Source of the DNA: Octopus bimaculoides
Lineage: Eukaryota
Assembly: GCF_001194135.2 (NCBI RefSeq)
Contig: NC_068984.1
Location: 114,644,384-114,708,383 of the forward strand
Direction: 5' to 3'
Length of the DNA stretch: 64,000 nt
Positions 24,518-35,933 of this stretch are shown one piece after another; position 1 is the stretch's first letter, and each line of letters opens with the position of its first letter. Both the position numbers and the translations under genes were made by a program. The notes below the pieces were generated by a model. The model did no database searches. It saw nothing but the letters and a program-made list of their open reading frames with translations, and was not told where the DNA came from.

Positions 24518-25819
24518 GACCTGGGAGAGATGAGCTCTGCCAAGTTTAAACTGCCTAAGACACACTGTATTTCATGATGGCTCCATCAGAAGTTGAGGAC
24601 CCAAGGCAAGACGTGGCACAGCAATGCTGTGTTAATACAGCAAAGATACCAACAGATGCAAAATATTCAGTGATTCATATCTCCTGTAGCACACATCCCC
24701 TTTAACACACTGGAGTGGTACAGATGACCAAGTTGATAGGGTATCCTGGATGACAAGTTCATATTCTGTTATTATGAGTGTTCTTAATATGGCCAATACT
24801 TGTGCCCTCAATAACTAGGTCCACCTATCTCAAAATAATTTGGTGTTTAGATCAAACAAAAATGAACTAAGAGAAATAACTCAGAATAGTTAGTGGCATG
24901 TTATAAGAAGATGAACATAAACAATTACTAGTCTCTTATGTCTTTTACAGTTCTACTTCAAAGGAAATTAGTGACAGGGCAGGAAAATAAAACCTGTCTG
25001 CTTATGGACTTGATTTTGGCTGTATAACTTTACTGTTGTCTGGTTTTGTCATAGTTGCTTTGCAAGTCAATTAAAGACGCTATTAATTCAAAATTTACTT
25101 GCACACACTGAATATCCTCGAGAACTAAGTTAAGGGTACACGTGTCTGTGGAGTGCTCAGCCACTTACACGTTAATTTCACGAGCAGACTGTTCCGTTGA
25201 TCGGATCAACTGGAACCCTCGACGTCGTAAGCGACAGAGTGCCAACAACAACAACTTAAAAGGCCTCCAAATACGCTCATACTTAAATACATCTTTTTCC
25301 ATATTCATATCTATTCATTTAGAATTTTGAGTTTAGACTCAAAAAAGAAATATAATGCTTAGGATAACCTTAGGTTTGCTTGTTCTCGAATGAAAAGCTA
25401 TAAATAAATAAATAAATAAAATTGAAGTGATTGCGTCCTAACAAAAAAAATATCATATATTTGAGGTTTGTAGACTGATCAGAGCTGAAATATTTTCTAT
25501 CACTGAAAAGAAAGGTAAGCTTTAGGAGTGCAATATAATAGGTGTATGCACAATGCACAGCATCCACGCCCAACCTTACCTTCATTGTTGTCCTTTTTAT
25601 TGTCATCGTAGTCATCATATTCTCGCATACCCTTACATGTGTGCAACCCCACACCACGAATTTGATTCTTCATGACTTTTTAAAAAATAAGTATTTCTAA
25701 ATGAAATTTTCTTCATGTACTTATTAAATGGTATAGTTTACAGTTATATCAGAATTTAATGTGGAAAAACGTAGTCACCATATTCTGGGATACCTATACA
25801 AGTGTGCCCACCATCAACT

Positions 25820-26345
25820 TTGTTTCCTCATAACTTTCAGAAAAATGAATATTTTGATGAACTCACTACAACTACCTTTCCGATGGTGTAGATTACAATT
25901 ATATCGAAATTTAATGTGGGGGGAAAAAATTGGGGGACGCGCACACATACATAGTGGCACGTATCACATGTAATATCTACAAAATGAAACTTAAAATTTT
26001 GAAAAAATAATAAATTAAGTGAAGTTTATCACTATGTACGTGTGTGCACAAACCATTAAATCTTTTTTTTTTTTTTTTTTTTTTGTTAACATTTATTTCC
26101 GATATTGTCATATATACCATCTGAAAGCTATTTGTAAGAAATTTCATTTAAAAAATATCATTTTTTCTGTAAGTTATGAAAAAACAAAGTCAACTTGTGT
26201 GAATTATTCGAAACTCCTGTTCCTCTTCCCCACAAAAAAATTTTTGCCCAACAAATTCCGATATAATTGGAATTTGTCTTATCTGAAAGGTATTGAAATT
26301 TTCATTTAAAAATATCTATTTTTCCGAAAATGATAAAGAAACGAA
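25820..26345. mobile_element. Foldback/MITE-like remnant with one left arm and two inverted right-arm copies
   Basis: 25825-25910 (CATAACTTTCAGAAAAATG...CTTTCCGATGGTGTAG...TATATCGAAATTT) is an imperfect reverse complement of about 26097-26195 and 26252-26342. Confidence 0.45.
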
Positions 26346-27042
26346 GCCAGGAGAAGGTATACACTTGTTTAGATATGTCCATATTAATTTTTTATTCATA
26401 TAATAGAGTTAAGTACGAACCAGGTACTTGCATCAGTAAGACCGAGTATGTTCCCTTCGCTTAAATTGACATTCCTATGGCTATGAAAGAAATCAATACA
26501 ATGACTCGGAAGTATGTATAAAGAAATCAAGAAATGTAACTCTGAGACTGCAAAATCATAATTATCTCCCTTGATACTATGGTCTCCGACTGATGTACAA
26601 ATTTGAGTTAAGTAATGTCATCTCCCTCTGTACTTTAGTGATACTTTTTTTTATTTTACCGACCCCGAAAGGATGAAAGACAACGTTGATCGGGATGGCA
26701 TGTCAAATTATGGCTAACGATTCTATCGTCGCCTTTCCGCCTTAGTATAACAGCCTTTAATTAAAGAAAAAAGAAAAAGCCGGCAGTTTTTAAAGGAAAG
26801 GTATTAGTCGAAGCCATCGACCCCAGAGTCGAGCTTCTTCCAGTTTCCATCTATCAAATCCATTGGCTTTAATCGACCTAAAGTGCAAGTGTCACCTGGT
26901 CCACTGAACCGAAAATTAGAAAGTAAACTTCTAACCACAGGGTCACACCTGCACCTGTGTATGTGTGTACCTGCTACATGGTCAGATCATCAGTAACTGA
27001 ACTGGCAACCCCACTGAGCTTGTTTAGTAAGGTGTATGTGAG

Positions 27043-27082
<40 letters not shown>

Positions 27083-27083
<1 letters not shown>

Positions 27084-27312
27084 GGATGTATAATGTCAGT
27101 GTGCATACTCGACAGAGTGTAGTACCTTGAGAGAAAAAATGAACCTAAGAAGCATCAGTTGTGGTGTGCAAGAGAGACGATTACGCTGGTATGGTCATGT
27201 GGCTAGAATGGATGAAGATAACTGTGTGAAAAAGTGCCACACCCTAGCGGTTGAGGGAACTTGTGAAAGAGGTAGACCTAGGAAGACCTGGGATGAGGTG
27301 GTGAAGCACGAC
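27083..27312 (+). mobile_element. RTE-clade LINE ORF C-terminal fragment
   Basis: LREKMNLRSISCGVQERRLRWYGHVARMDEDNCVKKCHTLAVEGTCERGRPRKTWDEVVKHD contains the RLRW.GHV.RM and GRP..TW motifs of RTE C-termini. A further fragment lies on the minus strand at about 29895-30095. Confidence 0.9.
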
Positions 27313-28936
27313 CGTCGGTTGCTGGGTGGAGGTGCTTATCTCCCCTTTGAAAACATAAGGACACAGAAAATGTGTAATGGCCAACCGGAAACGGTGTTTC
27401 CTGGGGCTAAATAGCAGTAGTATTCTTCCCCTTTCATGGGACTGTCACATTAGGTTGACAACATACCATCACTTTATCATGCTGTTACTGTATAAATCTC
27501 TCTGAGAGATTTAGAAATGTAATATTTCTATGTATATATATATTTATTATTGTTATTTTGGTGACTAAATGTCCTCCCTAATGCCAACTATGTAACAGCA
27601 TGTACTAGATGATAGCAGTGCCAGTGAAGTCACCATACAACTTGAAGACCCTGAACCTAAGAATGGTGGCTTTATGCTAAGGGAGGAGGGGTCAAAGTAT
27701 GAGAGGAGGAGCCACAGCAGCTACATGGCCATTCACAATTTTTTTTTAAAAAGGGTAACGCGGTGGTGATCAAGGTGGGGTTGGAAAGACATACAAATAG
27801 TTGTAATATGATACCTGGGTGGAAGGCAGTGAGCTGGTAGAATCGTTAGCACACTGGGCAAAATGCTTGACAGCATTTTGTCCATCTTGAAGTTCTGAGT
27901 TCAAATGCTGCCAAGATGGACTTTGCCTTTCAGGGTTGATAAAACAAGTACCAGTTGAGTACTGGGGTTGATTTAATTGTCCATCCCTTCCTCTAAACTT
28001 GCTGGCCTTGTGCCAAAATTTGAAATCAGTATGATATCTGGGTGGATCCTCAAAGCACAAGGTATATAGAAGTGGGTAAGGACAAAGGAATTGGGAATGT
28101 GGTTGGATAAAGGCTGTAAAAGTGTATAGGAGAGTGAGAGCAGGGGAATGAGTGAGGAGTGTATGCATGTAATGAATGAAAAACAAGGGTTGACTGGTAG
28201 ATGTAGTGAATGGTGGATAAGGAGTGTGGTGTCAATGATGCAGTGGAAGTGCATGGCTTAATGGTTAGGGTGTTGGACTCATGATCATAAAATTGTGGTT
28301 TTGATTCATGGACCGAGCGATGCGTTGTGTTCTCGAGCAAAACACTTCATTTCATGTTGCTCCAGTCCACTCAGGTGGCATAAATGAGTAATCCTGCAAT
28401 GGACCATTGTCCTGTCCAGGTGAGGAATATATACACCATGAAACCAGGAAACCAGCCCATATGAAGAAAAGCAACAAAATGATAAATGTTGAAACTCAAT
28501 ACAATGGAGAGAGAGAGAGATGACATGTGATTGGGTTGGCTGCCAGTGTGTAGGGGAGAGAGATAAGCATAGTGCATGGGAGTGTGAATGATATATGATA
28601 TTAGAGAAGGAGAGGCAATTTGGTGGGTGGTGGGTGGTGATCAATGTAAAATTCAGGTAGAGAGGACAGTATAAAGATGAAAGATAAATATCAAAGGAAA
28701 TGGTTCAAGAAAAAGCTGCTGTTAGAAAGTTGATGGGAGGTGGAGTGACTTGAGAAGAAATTGGGTGAGGAGCCTAGCACGTAAAAAGTACCCATTACAC
28801 TCTTAGAGTGGTTGGCATTCAGAAAGGCATCCAACCATAGAAACCTTGCCAAATCAGACTGGAACCTGGTGCAGCCCTCCAGCTTACAAATTTCAGTCAA
28901 ACCATCTAACCTATGCCAGCATGGAAAACACGTTAA

Positions 28937-29010
<74 letters not shown>

Positions 29011-29095
29011 ACATGTGTGCGTGTGTGTATATCATCAGTGGATCATATATCTGAAAAGGAAGCACATTCTAAAGGTTACAGTCATAATGTATTTA

Positions 29096-29242
29096 CAGGA
29101 AGTTAATTACATGGCTGGCCATAGAGTGACCAATGGTTTTGCATCGATAAATGGCCATTGGAGTCTGACGAGTCATCTATAAGTGCTTTATGGATGTGAA
29201 ACCATCAGTCACTCTATGACTGGCCATATAATTAACTTTCTG
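29096..29242. repeat. Imperfect inverted repeat, 56-bp arms (29096-29151 / 29187-29242), 35-nt spacer
   Basis: 46 of 56 positions match by manual alignment; 9 of the 10 mismatches are transitions, including three CA/TG pairs typical of CpG decay. Confidence 0.9.
29156..29218 (+). ncRNA. Type I hammerhead ribozyme motif overlapping the right arm of the inverted repeat
   Basis: Stem I GGAGU/ACUCU (plus CAU/AUG), core CUGACGA (29165-29171), stem II CAUCUAUAA/UUAUGGAUG, GAAA (29198-29201), stem III AC-CAUCA-GU, cleavage triplet GUC (29208-29210). Confidence 0.7.
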
Positions 29243-29621
29243 AAAAAAAAAAAAAAAANNNNNNNNNNNNNNNNNNNNNNNNNNNNNNNNNNNNNNNNNN
29301 NNNNNNNNNNNNNNNNNNNNNNNNNNNNNNNNNNNNNNNNNNNNNNNNNNNNNNNNNNNNNNNNNNNNNNNNNNNNNNNNNNNNNNNNNNNNNNNNNNNN
29401 NNNNNNNNNNNNNNNNNNNNNNNNNNNNNNNNNNNNNNNNNNNNNNNNNNNNNNNNNNNNNNNNNNNNNNNNNNNNNNNNNNNNNNNNNNNNNNNNNNNN
29501 NACAAAATCCATCCACCATAAATGATCAGCCCTTCTTTATACAACTGCTTCATTCACATACATCAAACGTCATGTCCATACCAGTACAGTCTCCTTTCTT
29601 GCAGACTACATCTGATTCTTC

Positions 29622-29853
29622 TTTCTTTTTACTACCCTCAAGGGGCTAAACACAGAGGGGACAAACAAGGACAGACAAAGGGATTAAGTCGATTACAGCG
29701 ACCCAAGTGTGTAACTGGTACTTAATTTATCGACCTTGAAAGGATGAAAGGCAAAGTCGACCTCGGCGGAATTTGAACTCAGAACGTAACGGCAGACGAA
29801 ATACCGCTAAGAATTTCGCCCGACGTGCTAACATTCCTGCCAGCTCACCGCCC
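29622..29853 (-). mobile_element. Young tRNA-derived SINE with 22-bp TSD (older copies at about 23445-23650, 27825-28030, 61005-61210)
   Basis: Head GGCGGTGAGCTGGCAGGAATGTTAGCACG...GAGTTCAAATTCC with CpGs intact; TGCAGACTACATCTGATTCTTC duplicated exactly at 29600-29621 and 29854-29875. Confidence 0.9.
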
Positions 29854-30124
29854 TGCAGACTACATCTGATTCTTCATATACCCATTTTATTTCTCAGCAC
29901 GTTTCATTTCTACTATGTGGTTCATGCACACTTACATTGCTTATCTGACAGAACATGCTCACCTTGTTTCTTCCCAGTCTTCACAATTCCTCTCTATACT
30001 CACTATCAAACAGTATCACAGTTTCTAACACAAGCTTCATATAATCTGCCTTACACTTTGAGGGAGAAGACACTTGTTGCCAGTTTTGCTCCATTTATTA
30101 TTTTTAACTGTCTCTCCCCTACTT

Positions 30125-30317
30125 TTACACACACAAACACACACACACATGCACACACACACACACACACACATGGGCACACACATGCAAATGAACACGT
30201 TTTCTCTCATTGCCTGTCAAATATTTTAATTTATTCTTGATAATATTTCATCAGTTTCCAAGAAATTTACAAAAATGCACAGATGTGAGTTCACACACAC
30301 ACACATACATACACACG

Positions 30318-30349
<32 letters not shown>

Positions 30350-30480
30350 TGCACATACATGCTCATACACACACGTGGGTACACGCGAGCAAATGAACAT
30401 GTTTTCTCTCACTGCCTGTCAAATATTATTTTACTTTCGTCAGTTTCCCAGAAATTTGCAAAGATGCACAGAAGTGAGTG

Positions 30481-30519
<39 letters not shown>

Positions 30520-30645
30520 TCTCTCACATGCACATACACACACATGGGTGCACACGTGCAGATGAACACGTTTTCTCTCATTGCCTGTGAGATTTTATTT
30601 TACTTTATTCTTGATAACATTTCATTAGCTTCCAAGAAAGTGAGT

Positions 30646-30693
<48 letters not shown>

Positions 30694-30720
30694 GCACGCA
30701 CACACACACACACACACACT
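30125..30720. repeat. Three tandem ~170-200-bp units, each a unique core separated by (CA)n
   Basis: Core ATGAACAYGTTTTCTCTCAYTGCCTGT...TTTC.AAGAAA...GTGAGT recurs at about 30190, 30392 and 30562. Confidence 0.85.
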
Positions 30721-32044
30721 TTACTTTCATTTTCAATGCTTTAAGTATCTGACTTTCTTTCTCCCTTCACCCCATTGTTCATTTTCTCTCCTTTTTCCTT
30801 GACTTTCACATCTAATCTCACCCTTTTCAGTCACTCCTCTTACTCTATCTCTCTATCTCTTTTTACTCCTCCCTCCCCCTTCACACATTTCATTTAAATG
30901 TTACAAACAGGAAAAATTAATATACAAATGCACCACCCCATTATTATATTGGATCTTCTGTAACTCTTGCTGTTAGTATATTTAGTTGAAAATAACTCTA
31001 GCTCTTGATTTATAGTATATGAGAAGAGACAAATATATTCATCATAAACTCGGCATAAATTCTGCACTATGGCACTTACTAAAAAGCTTTTAAATTGATT
31101 TCTTACACAGAGTAAAGGTGCATGCTTCTTTTCCTTTCATTTTTGAATATTTAGGTGAGCGGAAAATAAGATCTTAAGATATTTCTGTCGTCATAAACAG
31201 CATTAACCAAAGTTCAATTAATGAAGTGGAGTGTTACTAGCAAGAAACTGAAATTTGATTAGTGTGCGTATGTGTGCATGCATGCATGCATGTGCGCGCA
31301 CGCGTGTGTGTGTGAATGAGGAGTGGGATCAAACTGATTTCTACTTTATAAGTATAGCATAAAGATTTAGCAGTCCCAAAATACCTAGGAAATGAAACCA
31401 GATTGCTAAGTCCCAGTAATCAGGATTTCATTAGAGATCAGTGACATCAGTGGACAGCAGAAATCACTGTATCAACATGAATGCAATTCCCCACTTTTCC
31501 ACTGCCACTTGGTGACCAGTGTTGGTTTGTTTATGTCCCTATAATTTAGCAGGTCAATGAAAGAGACCAATAGAATAAATACCATACTTTTAAAATCTGG
31601 GGTCGATTTGTCCAACTAAACACTTTGAGACATAGCCCTAGCATAGTTACAGTCTTATGACTGAAATATGTGAAAAGGAAAAGATATATTTCAGGATTCA
31701 TTTGTAGAACAATGATGGACATCTTTGTTCTAAGCATAATCAAACATCATATACAAACTTAGACTTAGAACTCTTATGAGCCCTCAGACCTTCATGAGCC
31801 CTAGGACCCTCATGAGCCCAAGGCCAGAACTTAACCTGATTTCCATGGCATATAAGTGACTGAGATTACAACACTCCCATTGGATGAGATGCCAATTCCT
31901 CGCAGGATTAACTTCCCAGTTTTTGCCAGAACTCATTTATAGCTGTGTGAATTGGAATAGTGAAGTAGAATGAAGTGTTTTGCTTAAGAGCACAATGCAC
32001 CAGCCAGTCGGGAACCAAAACCACAATATGATTGGGATTGTGGC

Positions 32045-32212
32045 ATGGAGGTCCAACTTTCCAAGTTCTTTTACAGGGCTTAGAAAAACTGAATGACTGG
32101 TGCAATAAGTGTGTGAATCTGAGAGAGGAATATGTTGAGTAAAATCATAATTAACTGATCCTCCTGTATTTTCTTTTACCCAAAGCCAGGAACTTTTCAG
32201 CACCCCCTTGTA
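32045..32212 (+). mobile_element. Mariner transposon 3' end (transposase C-terminus and right TIR)
   Basis: Translation ...GLEKLNDWCNKCVNLREEYVE* resembles the mariner C-terminal GI..L..RW.KC....G.YVE. It ends in AAAGCCAGGAACTTTTCAGCACCCCCTTG-TA. Confidence 0.8.
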
Positions 32213-33789
32213 ACATTTGTAATGGAATAAGCCCAAATTTTTAGGAGATGGCTGGGTGTAGAAATGGATTATTGGGACAACACAAGAAAATTCATCTCCA
32301 TATAGTATATTTACCACAAGCCAACTTGGCAGTATTCAAACCTGTCCAACCTACACTCACAGAAGTTGGACTTCACAGTGCAAGCAAATGAAACAGACAA
32401 TTTCACAGACCTCCTCTCAGCCTATCACTGCATGCTGTTAAACACAGTGGTATATCTGTATACAGTGAAACAGAGTAAGACATTTGAAAGTGAAATGTCT
32501 TTTTCACAAATGAAATGCACTACTGCACTACCAGTAACAGGGCACAAGTACAACATAGTTATCAAATATTCTATTGACACAGTTTATATTTTGACAAAAA
32601 TAAATATCACAAACGAAGACAATACTATGATATTTCAAGTCTTCTATGCTTAATGTTCCTACCACTTCTCTTTATAAAACAGAGAGAAAGTGCACCAGTT
32701 GCATTGTCACCACCACCACCACAGCCGTTGCTGTTGCAGCCACCATCAAAGTCACCACCATCACCACCAGCACCACCACCACCACTGCTGCTGCTGATGT
32801 TACCACTGCTACCACTACCACCACCACCACCATCACCACCACGATCTTTTATGTCTTTATGTCAATTTGTTCTCTCCCTGTTCTGGCATTGATTGCACAA
32901 GATTGCACAAGATTGCACTAGTTTTTGACAGTTCTCACCTTTTTGTTTTTTTAATTTTTATTGTATTTTTTTTTTGCAATATACTTGACATCAGAATAAA
33001 CCTGTAACATCTTGTTTGTTGCTTTCATTTTGTCATTGTTATTCACATATCACCATTTAATGATACTTGTTTAGGTCTATTTATAACACCTCCTCTTCCC
33101 CTCCTCCTCCTCCTCACTATCACCATCACCATCGTCGTCGTCGTCGTCGTCGTTGTCGTCGTCATCATCATCATCATCATCATCGTCGTCATTGTCGTCA
33201 TCGTCATCATCACCACCATCATCATTGCCACCATAATTTTAACATCAATTTTTCCATGCTTGCAAGGGTCAATCAGAATACATTGTTGCAAATTTTCTAA
33301 GGCTGGACGTCCTTCCTGCCACCAACCTTTACTTGTTTCCAAGCAAGGTAATAGTTTTCCTATGGCTGGACATATCTTTTTTTGCAAAAAACAAGAAACA
33401 AGTGACACTATGTACTGGTGACATTCATTTACTATAATTGCATGATATGAAGGCAAGGACACACACACACACAAACAAATGTACATTACCTTCCTTATCA
33501 TCATTTAATGTCTGTTTTCCATGCTGGTATCGGTTGGGCAGTTTTGACTGGAGCTGGCAGGTCAGAGGACTGCACCAAGCTCTATTGTTTGCTCTGGCAT
33601 GCACTAGCATGGCTAGAGTGGGGTGGAGTGGGTGGTCTGCCCTAGGCAGCATTTTTATGGGGGCAGTACCACTTTTGGGTCTGCTGTAGGCAATATGTAT
33701 TTCTTGTGGGGCCCAAGAGTGGAGAGGGAGAAGGAAAAGAGAAGATAGTAAAGACGTAGCAGTGTTTCACTCATGTTACAGGGAGGGGG

Positions 33790-33831
<42 letters not shown>

Positions 33832-34371
33832 TAGATAGATTTATATATATATATCAGGGACACACCATCTAGGTAGGCAGTGCCTACCTTGGATAAAATA
33901 GACTAATAGCAACATTTTCCTTTCATGGCAAAATATGCACCTAATCCAATAAAATTATGAAGGTTACTCTGATTACTATGTATAAAATGGAAAATATTTT
34001 AATTTTTTATAGATTAGGTAGTCATAATTTGTCCCTGCGTTTCAATCTCAGTATTTAAGCTACACATAATACTGCTGTAGTACATGTATTGTTTACATTC
34101 CTACAACAACGTTTTCTTTACAGGCTATAAAGGCAGAAGTAAATCTGCCTAGAACTCAGTTGTTTGCCCATGTTTCGCTTATTTTTTGTGTGTTTTACTA
34201 CATAAAGGTCACCGACTGCCAACCTGAGTAATTACTGACGGCACGTGCCTGATACATATATAATAATAATAAAAAGTGCCATTAATAGCCGACAAGAATG
34301 CATCGTAGCTCTTAGCACCAGCATTTGAAACTCTGAGTACTATTATGACAATTTACTGATTGTCCTAAACT

Positions 34372-34413
<42 letters not shown>

Positions 34414-35210
34414 TCATCATCATCATTTAACGTCTGCTTTCCATGCTGGCATGGGCTGGACGGTTTCACTGAGGACTGGCAAGCCAGAAGGCTGCACCAG
34501 GCTCCAATCTGATCTGGCAAGGTTTCTACAGCTGGATGCCCTTCCTAATGCCAACCACTCTGAGAATGTAGTGGGTGCTTTTTACATGCCAAGTGAAGTN
34601 NNNNNNNNNNNNNNNNNNNNNNNNNNNNNNNNNNNNNNNNNNNNNNNNNNNNNNNNNNNNNNNNNNNNNNNNNNNNNNNNNNNNNNNNNNNNNNNNNNNN
34701 NNNNNNNNNNNNNNNNNNNNNNNNNNNNNNNNNNNNNNNNNNNNNNNNNNNNNNNNNNNNNNNNNNNNNNNNNNNNNNNNNNNNNNNNNNNNNNNNNNNN
34801 NNNNNNNNNNNNNNNNNNNNNNNNNNNNNNNNNNNNNNNNNNNNNNNNNNNNNNNNNNNNNNNNNNNNNNNNNNNNNNNNNNNNNNNNNNNNNNNNNNNN
34901 NNNNNNNNNNNNNNNNNNNNNNNNNNNNNNNNNNNNNNNNNNNNNNNNNNNNNNNNNNNNNNNNNNNNNNNNNNNNNNNNNNNNNNNNNNNNNNNNNNNN
35001 NNNNNNNNNNNNNNNNNNNNNNNNNNNNNNNNNNNNNNNNNNNNNNNNNNNNNNNNNNNNNNNNNNNNNNNNNNNNNNNNNNNNNNNNNNNNNNNNNNNN
35101 NNNNNNNNNNNNNNNNNNNNNNNNNNNNNNNNNNNNNNNNNNNNNNNNNNNNNNNNNNNNNNNNNNNNNNNNNNNNNNNNNNNNNNNNNNNNNNNNNNNN
35201 NNNNNNNNNN

Positions 35211-35252
<42 letters not shown>

Positions 35253-35259
<7 letters not shown>

Positions 35260-35429
35260 CTTCAAATGCTTCAAGATATCACAGTCCTCACAGTAGAACT
35301 CTCAATTGATGGTTTGAACTTGGGAGACGAATTCTCACTGCTAGCTCTCACTGTGCATGCAACCATGTGCATGCACATCTGTTGGTGCGCTATAGAACCA
35401 GTCTGGGAACTTTTTGATACCACCTCATA
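35253..35429 (-). mobile_element. Internally deleted mariner remnant (TIR plus short transposase piece)
   Basis: TA-TGAGGTGGTATCAAAAAGTTCCCAGACT terminus; downstream EFYCEDCDILKHLKEDI resembles mariner YC..L.RL.E.I. Confidence 0.55.
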
Positions 35430-35933
35430 GTATGTTTCACTATTTTGTGATCACTTTCTGTGAGCTTTGTCTTCTGTCTAGAATTATGCTTGCCAGAGCT
35501 GGTTTTGCCGAGATTTTAGAATGCCAATATGATTTTAGAGATTGTATCTCTCAGAAATATTAAACAATTCAACAGTTTTAAAGACTGAAGCTACAGCCAT
35601 TCATGCTCCAACGAGCTGTCTTCTTTGGAAATCAGATTGGTTACACATTTTAACTTATTTAAACACAAATATCTGCCAAGAAAGAAAAACAGAGGTCTAT
35701 ATTATAAAGTATAGCATATTCATAAAGGATACGACCACATATGTGCAGACAAGAACAGTTCTGAATTTCTCATATAGAAAAATTATTTTAATAAGAAGAG
35801 GCTTTTCCATTATTTTGTCCATACATTGTATAAGTGTTGTGGCGGACGCCCTCCCCCCCTTGAGAGAAGTGGGCTGTTCCACAACCAATAAATAGTGGAC
35901 AGACGCAACAAGTAGTGTCAGTCTGCAAGGCAC

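Noticed and set aside
30125-30720. CRISPR-like repeat-spacer appearance
   Set aside because: Eukaryotic context, long divergent repeats, simple-repeat spacers and no cas genes.
31937-32317. 126-aa minus-strand ORF that looks protein-like
   Set aside because: It is the antisense reading of a mariner 3' end and TIR plus a neighbouring SINE fragment.
32646-33504. Poly-T/P/H/R/M ORFs, and poly-M/D/H ORFs at 28691-29182
   Set aside because: Trinucleotide microsatellites (CAC, CAT, CGT, GAT) with no splice context or homology.
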